From NCBI RefSeq assembly GCF_001194135.2, contig NC_069000.1, positions 37,704,920-37,738,384 of the forward strand: a stretch of 33,465 bases of DNA, given 5' to 3'. This DNA comes from Octopus bimaculoides (taxonomy: Eukaryota). Shown here piece by piece: positions 33,433 to 33,465 of the stretch. Under the pieces are notes generated by a model. That model was not told the DNA's origin. It saw only the letters and a list, made by a program, of their open reading frames with translations, and made no database searches. Within the stretch, counting starts at the first letter, position 1; the number at the start of each line of letters is the position of its first letter. The translations under genes and the position numbers were made by a program.

Positions 33433-33465
<33 letters not shown>

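Noticed and set aside
1-33465. CRISPR arrays, rRNA or prokaryotic operons
   Set aside because: No regularly spaced repeat-spacer array, rRNA-like sequence or gene-dense region; the DNA is eukaryotic and repeat-rich.

Overview
AT-rich eukaryotic draft-assembly DNA with 12 N-gaps (~5.4 kb, ~16% of the window). The repeat content (several tRNA-derived SINE families, mariner MITEs, very dense microsatellites) resembles what I recall from Octopus/coleoid cephalopod genomes; this assignment was not verified. No host protein-coding gene can be supported, and almost every supplied ORF is a microsatellite or N-run artefact. The window looks like intronic or intergenic DNA packed with decayed mobile elements: about 25 SINE copies or fragments, a mariner transposase 5' half, three mariner-derived MITE copies, CR1/L2-like and RTE-like LINE fragments, and several Penelope-like element (PLE) remnants. 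The most interesting signals are minimal type-I hammerhead ribozyme motifs in the PLE remnants (clear at 33191-33242; a non-canonical CUGUUGA-core form at 23459-23495; two decayed candidates), and a multi-stem foldable region at 17408-17592 just downstream of a candidate 71-nt exon.
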